From NCBI GenBank assembly GCA_048421225.1, contig DBFNRV010000056.1, forward strand, positions 1 to 48,538: a DNA stretch of 48,538 nt. Direction: 5' to 3'. The notes under the pieces were generated by a model. The model was given only the letters and a program-made list of their open reading frames with translations, had not been told where the DNA came from and ran no database searches. Of this stretch, positions 1 through 8,723 are shown piece after piece. Source of the DNA: Christensenellales bacterium. Lineage in GTDB: Bacteria; Bacillota; Clostridia; Christensenellales; CAG-138. The number at the start of each line of letters is the position of its first letter. Positions within the stretch are counted from its first letter, which is position 1. Made by a program: the position numbers and the translations under genes.

Positions 1-168
1 CAAGCTGATGTGCCAAGCGCCCAATATAATGGTTTAACTGCAAATGAAAATGTCAAATGCTTGCAAAGAAAAAGCCCACGTCAGACCAATTACTCCCTTT
101 ATTATATTAAAATAAGTGCAGATGTCAGAGTTAATTACTCTCTAACAACTACACTTTTATGGCACTAA
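1..168 (+). CDS. 3' end of an unidentified protein (partial, runs off window)
   Basis: Frame 1 is open from the window edge to TAA at 166-168 (55 codons, ends ...NYSLYYIKISADVRVNYSLTTTLLWH). A hairpin follows directly. The ORF is below the ORF-track length cutoff and no family was recognised. Confidence 0.3.
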   Translation, partial: QADVPSAQYNGLTANENVKCLQRKSPRQTNYSLYYIKISADVRVNYSLTTTLLWH

Positions 169-192
169 AAAGCCCCTTTGAAAGCGGCTTTT
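167..192. terminator. Weak bidirectional hairpin between convergent genes
   Basis: AAAAGCC (168-174) pairs with GGCTTTT (186-192). A/T runs lie on both sides. It sits between the partial plus-strand ORF and the minus-strand XRE gene. Confidence 0.4.
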
Positions 193-218
193 AGAGATTA
201 TATATTCACGTGCCCCAT

Positions 219-812
219 TTATATCAGCTGATAAAACAACCCTGCGTTTGTGCTGTACCAAATCAGCGAGCCATGGCCGCGCTTTTGAAAGCGGCACTGC
301 AAATCCCATTCCGGATACTGCTTTACAAACTGAATCCTGTCGCTGTTGACAAGGGCCAAAAATGATATATAGTTATCCTTTCGCATCGGGTGGCCGCTTG
401 TAACGTACCAATCGTCCTCCACGGACTCAACGGTTAACCTCTGATCCTGAACCGCTTTTTTGGGTTCAAGCGGCTCGAGCATCCTGCCGCAGCATGATAT
501 CTGCGCGTTGCCTGTACATATGCTTACATTTGCGCATATTGGACAGACATAAAACTTTGATTTCTTCATATTTCCTCCTTCAAAGCTGTTTTCATCAAGC
601 CCTCCCTTCAACATATCCTTTATGTTGACCCCAAGGATATCTGAAAGACCCGTGATCAGCGAAACGTCGGGAAGCCCCAAACCGCGCTCCCACTTTGATA
701 TGGTCTTATCGCTTAACCCCAGCATGCCTGCCAGCTGCTTTTGCGTCAAATGCTTTTCATTCCTCAGGGTTCGGATTAGCATTCCGATCCTTGCGTAATC
801 CATCGTCGTCAC
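219..812 (-). CDS. XRE-family HTH regulator fused to a desulforedoxin-like Cys4 motif and a degenerate SOR-like domain
   Basis: The N-terminus LTQKQLAGMLGLSDKTISKWERG is a classic XRE HTH. It is followed by YVCPIC...x14...CCG, the CxxC...CC pattern of the desulfoferrodoxin N-terminal domain. The C-terminal region resembles neelaredoxin, but the HPM...H and CN.H ligands are replaced (HPMRKDNY, GHGSLIW). Confidence 0.75.
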   Translation of the reverse strand: MTTMDYARIGMLIRTLRNEKHLTQKQLAGMLGLSDKTISKWERGLGLPDVSLITGLSDILGVNIKDMLKGGLDENSFEGGNMKKSKFYVCPICANVSICTGNAQISCCGRMLEPLEPKKAVQDQRLTVESVEDDWYVTSGHPMRKDNYISFLALVNSDRIQFVKQYPEWDLQCRFQKRGHGSLIWYSTNAGLFYQLI

Positions 813-1494
813 CTCCTTATATCATTCTAGCAGAGAACGCATACAAAACAATAAACGCTCCGTAGAGTCCTTTAATTATATACAGATATTGTGTGATTAA
901 TCTTGCCGCTTGTCATTAACGGAATTTTAGCTGTTTTGCTCCCCCTATAACAATACGCTAGCATTATATTGAAAACAGCTCGGCTCTCTAGCCGTATATC
1001 CTTTGTTCATGTTGATTTTATCGTCGGAATCGCCCTCATTTATATTATGACGTAGCTATTATAGCCGCATTTTTAGATAAATATTTAAGTGAACTAATGT
1101 ATAACATATATTTGTTGGTGAATAGGCCCTTAAACATTATAGGTCCCAAAATTATGTCTAAGTTGACACCAATTATGAACGCAAATATTGCGGCATATCA
1201 GCAATAGCCGGCAATTAATCCCCAGTTTTATAGGGCCGCTTATAATAGGCCCTATCCTTTCGGTTTAAGTTTGCAGGGTTTCATGCTTTTTTAAACAGGG
1301 TGTATGATTACACAATTATGAGCTTTAGCGCCATCGGCCCCACCATGATTGCATAGCCTAGTGCGGTATCGCAGTTTTTGATAAATATTAAGGTGCTTAA
1401 TTTCTCAAGAACTTTTGCTTCCAAAGAACTGCAAAAAAGGAACAGAATCAAAGTAAGAGTGCGCCTGCAAAGGCGGGCCCCGAGTCAGGTTTTA

Positions 1495-1932
1495 CTATAA
1501 CGACAATTCTATCTCATCAATTCCGTTTGGAACGTGCTTTCTGTTTCCTGTCGATGAAAAACCATTTTTTTGATAGAGTGCCAATACTGCGGTGTTATTC
1601 TCCAAAATCCACAGCGTCGGTTTCCCTGAACACTGATTTATCGCAAATTGCAGCAATTGCGTGCCATAGCCTTTATGCTGCTGTTCTGGTAAAACATACA
1701 GGTCTTCAATCAGACAATCCCTTATGGAAACGATTCCGACCGGGATGTCCTGAACCAACATATATACGTTACTTCCTTCCGCGATTTTCCCGCGAAGGTA
1801 TTCTGTCTGACGCTGGGCCGTGTGCCGCGCTATAAACTCAGGGCTGCAAAACGCTTTGTGCGATTCTTTCCACGATGCAGCGTGAATCGCTCCGGCAATG
1901 GAAATATTTCTATCGTCTATCTGAATAACCAT
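1495..1932 (-). CDS. GNAT family N-acetyltransferase
   Basis: 145 aa with the acetyl-CoA motif A QQHKGYGTQLLQFAI. The plus-strand ORFs overlapping it are antisense shadows. Confidence 0.85.
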   Translation of the reverse strand: MVIQIDDRNISIAGAIHAASWKESHKAFCSPEFIARHTAQRQTEYLRGKIAEGSNVYMLVQDIPVGIVSIRDCLIEDLYVLPEQQHKGYGTQLLQFAINQCSGKPTLWILENNTAVLALYQKNGFSSTGNRKHVPNGIDEIELSL

Positions 1933-2123
1933 TTTTCCGTTTACCCTCTAATGAATTTTCAAACCTATTATAATGCTTTATTGAGCTTGACTCCAGTGGT
2001 TAAAGCAAACATACAAAGAAAAAGCCGTAGGCCGCCCGGGTTCGTTTTACACATGTTCGTGTTCCGGTACCGCGCCTCACTTGAAGTGGATTTCGAATGC
2101 CATTACCGCATCCTTGAAAGCAT

Positions 2124-2167
2124 AAAAGAAGCCTCTCTTGTCTTGGTAGACAAAAGAGGTTTCTTTC
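2124..2167 (-). terminator. Rho-independent terminator downstream of the AraC-family gene
   Basis: CCTCTCTTGTC (2132-2142) pairs with GACAAAAGAGG (2149-2159) in 10 of 11 positions, with a 6-nt loop. T-rich tracts follow on both strands. Confidence 0.5.
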
Positions 2168-2276
2168 ATTAAAATAGACGCCTGCTTTGATGCCAAAGGG
2201 ACATAGCGCCGACTTTTCGTTAAATGGTTTATGAATAATTAAAGTGTGAACATGACCAGCTCACCGATACTTGATA

Positions 2277-3149
2277 TTACTTATTTTTCAGCTCAACGGG
2301 TATCCAAACTTCGTAATACCGCTTTTTCTGGCGTAGGCTGCGATCCGTCCACAGATGCGGCACCTCGATTGCAAGGGGGCACTTCTGCCTATACGCAGAT
2401 GCCGGAATCCAGGAGTCGGATATCAGTTCAAACAATTTGGGAAATTCCTCCCAAGCGAGTCCGACGCATTCCGTTTTGAAAGCCGCATATGTACCGGCAG
2501 GAATTATTCGCATCTTAAATGCGGTGTCCTTAACATCTGCCCTTTCACGGGCGATCATATACTTGCCGTCCTGCCATACGCCATACCAAACGCCATCGTA
2601 GGATGTACTTCCCAAATGATCCCAGCTACCTTCGCAGAGCTGAGCCGGAACGTCATCGCAATCATCCGCCCACATTGAATGGCGAAGTTCTTCGGGGGTT
2701 TTATATCCCTGTCCTTCGTACTGCTTTGATGCTCCGTAAACCTTGATGTCAGGCAGCTCGATAGTTCTAAAATCCATTTCTTTTTCTCCTTTGATCATGA
2801 TGTGAAGGGAAGCAGGTGGATATACTTTGATTGAACCTCCGTTTTTTCGATAGGCGGACGGTGTAATACCGTGTTGCTTCGCAAATGCTCTTGAGAAGGC
2901 TGCAGCACTGTCGTATCCATATTTTATGGCGATGTCGATGATATAATCATTGCTGTGCTGTAAATTCTGCGCTGCGAGAGTTAAGCGTCTGCGCCGTACA
3001 TATTCAGTCAGCGTCATGCCAGTCATATAACTAAAGAACCGAATAAAACTGTCTGCTGTTACGCGGGCCAATCGGGCAGCTTCACCGATATCGAACCCTG
3101 TGCACAAATTCGTCTCAATAATGGCAAAGGCCGATAACAGGAAGCCCAT
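2277..3149 (-). CDS. AraC-family transcriptional regulator with GyrI-like effector-binding domain
   Basis: The N-terminal double HTH (IDIAIKYGYDSAAAFSRAFAKQHGITPSAYR) is typical of AraC. The ~150-aa C-terminus (IELPDIKVYG...YEVWIPV) is typical of GyrI-like/SOUL small-molecule binding domains. Confidence 0.85.
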   Translation of the reverse strand: MGFLLSAFAIIETNLCTGFDIGEAARLARVTADSFIRFFSYMTGMTLTEYVRRRRLTLAAQNLQHSNDYIIDIAIKYGYDSAAAFSRAFAKQHGITPSAYRKNGGSIKVYPPASLHIMIKGEKEMDFRTIELPDIKVYGASKQYEGQGYKTPEELRHSMWADDCDDVPAQLCEGSWDHLGSTSYDGVWYGVWQDGKYMIARERADVKDTAFKMRIIPAGTYAAFKTECVGLAWEEFPKLFELISDSWIPASAYRQKCPLAIEVPHLWTDRSLRQKKRYYEVWIPVELKNK

Positions 3150-3369
3150 AATACATAAAACTGGACACCCACTCTGATACCCACTGTATCAAAATTGACG
3201 TCCAGTATGGTCCGAGTGGAATTATAGGACCTGGAGAAGCCCAGTCATATCCATGGTTTGTAGGCAATCGGCAAGCTATATTTGCTCACATGTGTCGCTT
3301 ATCTATCATATGATGACAGGGAGGCAGACGCAGGCTGTTTCTTAAATTTTGGAGAAAGAAGAGTATTAT

Positions 3370-3735
3370 ATGGACTATATGCAATCAGGTAACTGTGAGT
3401 GCCGGCCAGACCGGCCCATGGAGCAGACCCATGTTCATGAGGTGCTGGGCAGCGTTCAAATTGCTGAAGCCAAAACAGACCCTCACAATCATAGGTTTGC
3501 AGTTGTATCCGGCGAGGTAATTCCTATCGGAATGGGCGACCATGTCCATCAAGTGAAATTTAGAACGGATTTTTATGAGGATCATTTCCACGAATTCTGT
3601 GGCAGGACGCGGGGAGCCATCCCAGTCGGAGATGGTCGACATGTCCATTTTTTGGATTCCATCACTGAGCAAAGTGAAGGTCACAGGCATAAATTCAGGG
3701 TTTCCACTTTGATTAATGATCCTATTGGGGAGTAA
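3370..3735 (+). CDS. YmaF family protein
   Basis: Repeated His motifs HVHEVLG, HNHRFAV, HVHQV, HFHEF, HVHF and HRHKF match the YmaF repeat pattern. ATG at 3370 is preferred over the TTG at 3349 used in the ORF track, because a GAAGAG purine tract lies 6 nt upstream. Confidence 0.7.
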   Translation: MDYMQSGNCECRPDRPMEQTHVHEVLGSVQIAEAKTDPHNHRFAVVSGEVIPIGMGDHVHQVKFRTDFYEDHFHEFCGRTRGAIPVGDGRHVHFLDSITEQSEGHRHKFRVSTLINDPIGE

Positions 3736-3825
3736 GTTCCAAATATCATAAAAGCTTTATCAGCATAAAAAGAATCAGATAGCCAATCATTTTGTGTTTG
3801 TAGAGCAGTTTACAAAGCCGCTTTT

Positions 3826-3865
3826 AGAAAACTGTCAAGGCCGTCGACAAAAGCCGACGGCCTTG
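3826..3865 (-). terminator. Rho-independent terminator after tRNA-Leu
   Basis: An 11-bp perfect stem, CAAGGCCGTCG (3836-3846) with CGACGGCCTTG (3855-3865), and an 8-nt loop. TTTTCT follows on the minus strand. Confidence 0.65.
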
Positions 3866-3871
3866 ACCAAG

Positions 3872-3954
3872 TGGTGCGGTCGATGGGACTTGAACCCATA
3901 CGGTCTCCCATACGCCCCTCAAACGTACGCGTCTGCCTGTTCCGCCACGACCGC
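3872..3954 (-). tRNA. tRNA-Leu (anticodon GAG), CCA encoded
   Basis: The reverse complement reads GCGGTCGTGGCGGAAC...TACGT-TTGAGGG-GCGTA..., then a long variable arm, then GGGTTCAAGTCCCATCGACCGCACCA. This gives a 7-bp acceptor stem, a type II variable arm and a T-loop GTTCAAG. Confidence 0.9.
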
Positions 3955-3977
3955 AGATCAATTTGCCTGCGAAACAT

Positions 3978-4006
3978 ATTATAATGTCTGACCGATTCAT
4001 TGTCAA
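3978..4006 (-). promoter_or_regulatory. Consensus sigma-A promoter for tRNA-Leu
   Basis: The minus strand reads TTGACA, a 17-nt spacer, then TATAAT. The -10 box ends about 23 nt upstream of the tRNA 5' end. Confidence 0.6.
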
Positions 4007-4119
4007 TATTAATTTTAGATATTACAAATATTTGTGAAACCACTTGCGAACCCGCTCCACTTGCTGCTATGCTGTTCTTGAATTTTGCATAAAGTAGAAT
4101 CTACGCGGGAGGAAACGCT

Positions 4120-4410
4120 ATGATTAAGCACATTGTATGCTATAAGCTTAAAGACGGCAGCAGGCCGGCTGCCGAAAAGGTGCGTCGGGTCCTTATGTCC
4201 ATGGATGGGAGGGTTCCGATGATACGCGGCATTAACGTTGGCATCGACCTTATCCATTCTGAACGTTCATATGATTTAGTGCTAGAAGTGATTTTAGACA
4301 ATCTCGAGGCGCTTGAAGCATACCAGGAAAATCCCTATCACAAGAACACTGTCAAGCCGTTTATGCATAACGTGCGCGAAAGCAGCGTTTCAGTTGACTA
4401 TATTATTTGA
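4120..4410 (+). CDS. Dabb (stress-responsive A/B barrel) family protein
   Basis: 96 aa, MIKHIVCYKLKD...NPYHKNTVKPF, typical of the Dabb fold. An RBS GGGAGG lies 7 nt upstream. Confidence 0.8.
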   Translation: MIKHIVCYKLKDGSRPAAEKVRRVLMSMDGRVPMIRGINVGIDLIHSERSYDLVLEVILDNLEALEAYQENPYHKNTVKPFMHNVRESSVSVDYII

Positions 4411-4491
4411 TGTCAAGCCGCCCAGCTAACAGTGTAGCAACCTGTGCATAATATCCCCTAAAATGGGAATTATATCCTATGGGGTGATAAT

Positions 4492-5337
4492 ATGAACAAC
4501 CGTATTCTTCTAAAACGATATTATAAGAACAGGCTGTATAAAAACCGAACGGTTTTTGCACGCGCTCTGGATTTTATAGTACTCAGGCTAATTATATTCG
4601 CAGCCTTGTACCTGTGGTTCAAATCGAACAATACGCCCAGCGGTCTGTCCGTAACGCTGTCAGTTATCGTTACGCTCATGTGCTCTGTGGCCATTGAGCT
4701 GATAAAGAGCATGCGTCTTGACAGATTTATAAAAAAGGAGCGCATCCGGCTTAAGCGCGAGCACGCCCTTCAGACGCTTCTAGTATTGGACAGGAGCGAA
4801 TTTGCCCGCATGGCCAGGTTTTGCTTTGAACGCGCAGAGGACGAGGGCTTGCTCTTTGCTGTGCAAAAGGCCGCCCCTCTTGACCCCGACGACGTACTTC
4901 GCGCGTATAGAATGGCAAAGCAAAAGCAGGTTGACACTATACACGTTTTCTCCGCTACAAGCGCAAGCGATAGTGCGGTAAAGATGGCAGGACGGTTTAA
5001 CGATATTGATGTTAACCTGCACGGACCCGACGACATTTTGGAGTATGCTGACGAACTTGGCCTGTATGTTGATGAGGAAACGCTTGAAGCGGCCCTGATA
5101 GATGGCATGATTGAAGAAAAGCGAAACAGAAGAAAGAAAAAAATGGTGGTATTTACCTCGGCAAGGGCAAGGAATTACCTTTTGATAGCTCTAGGGCTTA
5201 TAGCATTGTCCTTTACCACCCGCTTTGCTCTGTATTACAGGCTTATGGCCGGCATATGCATAACCTTCGCCGGACTGTCATGGTGGACGGATCACGCTTT
5301 GGTCTCAAAAGGCGACGAAAACGCCTCCGCAGGTTAA
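4492..5337 (+). CDS. Membrane protein with a central cytoplasmic domain (possible Mrr-like PD-QxK fold)
   Basis: Two hydrophobic helices lie near the N-terminus and two near the C-terminus. The central block AEDEGLLFAVQKAAP...TIHVFSATSASDSAVKMA loosely resembles the D...QxK core of Mrr-type restriction endonuclease-like domains. The family is not firmly recognised. Confidence 0.55.
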   Translation: MNNRILLKRYYKNRLYKNRTVFARALDFIVLRLIIFAALYLWFKSNNTPSGLSVTLSVIVTLMCSVAIELIKSMRLDRFIKKERIRLKREHALQTLLVLDRSEFARMARFCFERAEDEGLLFAVQKAAPLDPDDVLRAYRMAKQKQVDTIHVFSATSASDSAVKMAGRFNDIDVNLHGPDDILEYADELGLYVDEETLEAALIDGMIEEKRNRRKKKMVVFTSARARNYLLIALGLIALSFTTRFALYYRLMAGICITFAGLSWWTDHALVSKGDENASAG

Positions 5338-5354
5338 ATCCTTATAGAAATAAT

Positions 5355-5398
5355 AAAAAGGGCCGGCGTAGTTGTATACATCCGCGGCCCCTTTTTTA
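5355..5398. terminator. Bidirectional terminator between convergent genes
   Basis: The sequence is AAAAAGGGCCG...CGGCCCCTTTTTT. A GC stem is flanked by an A-run and a T-run. Confidence 0.55.
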
Positions 5399-5409
5399 TT
5401 TTAGCTGGG

Positions 5410-5703
5410 CTAGTCAAGCTCGATATGCTTTCCTTCCCTTGACCGCCTGTATATTACAAATTTGCGTCCGATGCACTGCACCGGCTCAGCGCGCAGCCTC
5501 TCAGCGAGTACTTCGCACAGCTCCCTCACGTCCTCAGAACAGGTTTCGAGTACGGATATCTTAATTAGCTCCCGCGCTTCCAATACGTTGTCCAATTCAT
5601 CCGTTATAACGGGGGTAAGCCCTCCCTTTCCTATTTGAAATACGGGCTGCATCCCATTCGACATAGCGCGGAGACGCGCTCTTTCCTTACTTGTAATCTT
5701 CAT
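5410..5703 (-). CDS. yhbY: YhbY family RNA-binding protein (CRM domain)
   Basis: 97 aa with LRAMSNGMQPVFQIGKGGLT...ELIKISVL...GRKFVIYR, the canonical YhbY/CRS1 signature. It lies directly downstream of obg, as in many Firmicutes. Confidence 0.85.
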   Translation of the reverse strand: MKITSKERARLRAMSNGMQPVFQIGKGGLTPVITDELDNVLEARELIKISVLETCSEDVRELCEVLAERLRAEPVQCIGRKFVIYRRSREGKHIELD

Positions 5704-5716
5704 ATCGTCATACCCC

Positions 5717-6985
5717 CTATTCTACAAAATCAAATTCCCATTCGCCCATTCGCACAGTGCTGTTTTCTCTAGCCCCTGCCTCCCTCAGGGCGTTGATTAT
5801 ACCCTCGCGTATGAGGTACTGCTGAAAACGCCTCATGGATTCCTCATCGTCGGCATTCGTGGTATCAAGTATATATTCCACTGTGCCGCCCTCTACAACA
5901 TAGACATCCCCGTCCCTGCTGATTTCAAAACCCTTTTCATACCGGTCTGCGGCGGTTATCTCTTCCTCTTCAAACTCGTAAGTTTTTGGAAGCTTATCAA
6001 GCGTTTTTACAATCTCGTCCAATAAGGGTTCAAAGCCCTGCGCCGTGGCGGCGGATACGGGAAAAATCTTGACATTTCTGTCCTTAAGCTCTTCTCTAAA
6101 AAGCTCTAGGTAAACGTCAGCGCCAGTTATATCCATCTTATTTGCCGCCACAATCTGCACAAGCTCATACAGGCGATCGCTGTACCGCTTTAATTCGTCA
6201 TTTATTCTGTAATAGTCCTCTATCGGGTCCCTTTCCTCTGAACCGGAAATATCAAGGACATGCACAAGCATTCTGGTTCTCTCTATATGCCTTAAAAAAT
6301 CGTGGCCCAATCCCGCGCCTTCCGCCGCGCCTTCAATAAGACCCGGTATATCCGCAAGTACGAACGTGCGGTCATAGCGCTTAACTACGCCAAGATTTGG
6401 CGTTAAAGTTGTAAAATGATAGTTCGCGATTTTGGGCCTTGCGCTTGTAAGCACCGATAATATGGTTGACTTTCCCACGTTTGGAAGCCCTATGAGTCCT
6501 ACGTCGGCAATCGTCTTGAGCTCAAGCTCAATCTCCCTGTCAAGCGTTTTTATGCCTGGCTGCGCAAACCTCGGAGCCTGCCTGGTAGGTGTTGCAAACC
6601 TGGCGTTGCCCTTGCCTCCCCTTCCCCCTTTAAGTACTTCGCGCCTTCTATTTGGTCTGTTCATGTCGGCGATGATCTTTCCGCTCTCAACATCGCGCAC
6701 GAGCGTGCCTACAGGCACCTTTATGATCAGATCTTCGCCGTTTTTTCCGCGCTGAAGCTGAGACCTGCCGTTTTCCCCCTTCTGTGCGCGGTAATGGCGC
6801 ATAAATTTAAAATCAAGCAGGGTATTCATTCCCTCGTCGGCTTCAAATATTACGCTCCCTCCGCTGCCGCCGTCGCCGCCGTCCGGCCCTCCGCGCTGCA
6901 CATACTTTTCGCGGTGGAACGAGGCGCATCCGTCGCCGCCGTCACCGGACTTTATTATAATTTTGGCTTTATCTACAAATTGCAT
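5717..6985 (-). CDS. obg: GTPase Obg/CgtA
   Basis: MQFVDKAKIIIKSGDGGDGCASFHREKY is the Gly-rich Obg fold. G motifs GLPNVGKST, DIPGLIEGA and NKMD are present. The start was moved to ATG 6985 (MQFVDK), 2 nt after the nth stop; the longer ORF-track start would overlap nth. Confidence 0.95.
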   Translation of the reverse strand: MQFVDKAKIIIKSGDGGDGCASFHREKYVQRGGPDGGDGGSGGSVIFEADEGMNTLLDFKFMRHYRAQKGENGRSQLQRGKNGEDLIIKVPVGTLVRDVESGKIIADMNRPNRRREVLKGGRGGKGNARFATPTRQAPRFAQPGIKTLDREIELELKTIADVGLIGLPNVGKSTILSVLTSARPKIANYHFTTLTPNLGVVKRYDRTFVLADIPGLIEGAAEGAGLGHDFLRHIERTRMLVHVLDISGSEERDPIEDYYRINDELKRYSDRLYELVQIVAANKMDITGADVYLELFREELKDRNVKIFPVSAATAQGFEPLLDEIVKTLDKLPKTYEFEEEEITAADRYEKGFEISRDGDVYVVEGGTVEYILDTTNADDEESMRRFQQYLIREGIINALREAGARENSTVRMGEWEFDFVE

Positions 6986-6987
6986 CT

Positions 6988-7665
6988 TTACAGGGCGCTC
7001 GGCTCGCCGGCCGCTTCCGCCCGTACCTCCGTTCTTTCCGCATAGTGCCTGCAAACGCTTTTAAGCGTGCATTCGTCGCATTTTGGCTTTTTTGACGAGC
7101 ATACGCGCCTTCCGTGAAATATAAGCCAATGGTGCGCTATCGACCACTTATCCTCCGGTATGTTTTCCATAAGCTGCTTCTCTATTTTCAGCACATCGGT
7201 TGAGTCGGCAAGCCCCAGCCTGTTGCTGACCCTTGCCACATGCGTATCAACAGCTATGGCCGGCTTTTTAAAGGCGTTTGACAGCACCACGTTGGCGGTC
7301 TTCCTGCCCACTCCGGGGAGGGACACAAGTTCATCCATTGTTTGGGGAACCTCGCCGCCATAGCTTGAAACCAGTATATTGCAGGTTGCAAGTATATTCT
7401 TCCCCTTTGTGTTGAAAAATCCGCATGGCCTTATATATTGGCTCAACTCATCCTGCGACAGCCTAGCCATGCTTTCCGCGTCGGGATAGTCCCTAAACAG
7501 CGCCTCGGTACACCTGTTGACCTGCTTGTCCGTACACTGGGCGCTTAAAATAGTTGCAATAAGCAATTCAAAAGGGTTTTTGAATTTTAGTTCCGGCGCC
7601 GCGTCAGGGTGAGCCTCACCAAGCAGCCGTAAAACCTCGTTGCAATGTTGCGTATCGTAATGCAT
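6988..7665 (-). CDS. nth: Endonuclease III
   Basis: It has the helix-hairpin-helix LPGVGRKTANVVL, a catalytic-region DTHV, and the C-terminal 4Fe-4S cluster CxxxxxxCxxC...C. The start at ATG 7665 (MHYDT) is preceded by GGAGGA. Confidence 0.9.
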   Translation of the reverse strand: MHYDTQHCNEVLRLLGEAHPDAAPELKFKNPFELLIATILSAQCTDKQVNRCTEALFRDYPDAESMARLSQDELSQYIRPCGFFNTKGKNILATCNILVSSYGGEVPQTMDELVSLPGVGRKTANVVLSNAFKKPAIAVDTHVARVSNRLGLADSTDVLKIEKQLMENIPEDKWSIAHHWLIFHGRRVCSSKKPKCDECTLKSVCRHYAERTEVRAEAAGEPSAL

Positions 7666-7805
7666 ATTATCCTCCAATGCTTTTCCCATTTGATTATATA
7701 CGCTTCCTGTCAAATTCACAAGCATTCTAATTAAGACAAGAAACACGCCCGGCGCGCTTGCCGGGCATGTCGTTTTCTGGAGGATATTACTATAAATAAT
7801 GTATG

Positions 7806-8240
7806 CTATTTTCCGCGCTTCATCCCGTTCATCATCTGCATCAGCATCATTGGGTCAAACCCTCCTCCGTTTCCCGCTCCCATCCCCTTTTGCCCTAGCA
7901 TTGAGCTTAGAAGTGACATAGGGTTGCCCTGGCTTTGCCCCATCATAGGAGTGCTTGGAATATTGGGCGTTCCCGTCCCTGCCGATGGCTTTGCCGCCTC
8001 GGGTTCAGCCCTTGGACTGGGAGGATTGAGCCGCACCCCCATTGACTCGGCTATTTTCATCCTCTCCGCTGGCGCTACAAAGGGCTCCATTGAGTTTAGG
8101 AACCGTTTCAGCTGCTCCACGCCCTGTTCTGAACGTATCCTTCTGGCCATCAAAAGTGCGGGCGAAGCTTCTTCGATGATATCCGGTTTGACTGGCATAG
8201 GCTTTGAAGCCGGTACGCTGTTAGGTGCCATCCTCTGCAT
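7806..8240 (-). CDS. Hypothetical protein with low-complexity Met/Gly/Pro-rich C-terminus
   Basis: 144-aa ORF with RBS GGAGAC 5 nt upstream. No family was recognised. Confidence 0.5.
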   Translation of the reverse strand: MQRMAPNSVPASKPMPVKPDIIEEASPALLMARRIRSEQGVEQLKRFLNSMEPFVAPAERMKIAESMGVRLNPPSPRAEPEAAKPSAGTGTPNIPSTPMMGQSQGNPMSLLSSMLGQKGMGAGNGGGFDPMMLMQMMNGMKRGK

Positions 8241-8360
8241 TGTAGTCTCCTGTCCGTGCTGAGCACGATGTAATGTTATGCTTTATTATATGCGGTATTT
8301 TTTGATAAGTTCGCACAGCACGGAGATCTGCGCGCATATTATTGTCAAAGAGGTGATTTT

Positions 8361-8639
8361 ATGAAACGCAGTCTTAGGAACATGGGTAATAATAATGATC
8401 CCGTTACACAGCAGCATGATACTGGCAATCAGGACATTCAGGGCATTACCGACGTAATCAACCGCTATTCGGACAACTCGCCAGACGAGTTGATCGGAGA
8501 ATTGATGAACGCAAAGCAGTCTGGGCAAATCAACGACGCCGATATGCAGAACTTTCTGAATACGGTTGCTCCCATGCTGTCCAGTCAGCAGCTTGCAAAG
8601 CTCAATGAGGTAATAAAGCAGCTGTATCAGGGACAATAG
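8361..8639 (+). CDS. Hypothetical small protein
   Basis: 92 aa, with RBS AGAGGTGA 4 nt upstream. It is preferred over the overlapping minus-strand ORF 8286-8636, which has no RBS and an odd composition. Confidence 0.5.
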   Translation: MKRSLRNMGNNNDPVTQQHDTGNQDIQGITDVINRYSDNSPDELIGELMNAKQSGQINDADMQNFLNTVAPMLSSQQLAKLNEVIKQLYQGQ

Positions 8640-8723
8640 TTGCGTTATTAGTCAAAGAATCCGGAATATAGCCGGCGCTTCCAGCATAAGCATATTCCAA
8701 AAGGGACGGGGAGCGTATGATAT

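Noticed and set aside
1527-2172. Plus-strand ORFs of 102 and 116 aa over and beyond the GNAT gene.
   Set aside because: The first is antisense to the GNAT motif-bearing frame. The second ends exactly in the hairpin that serves as the AraC terminator and has no RBS.
6986-7054. A 23-codon N-terminal extension of obg overlapping the end of nth.
   Set aside because: Obg proteins start at MQFVD/MFVD. ATG 6985 sits 2 nt after the nth stop, so the extension is spurious.
8286-8636. A 116-aa minus-strand ORF overlapping the 92-aa plus-strand ORF.
   Set aside because: The plus-strand ORF has a good RBS and a hydrophilic, helix-rich sequence. The minus-strand ORF has neither.
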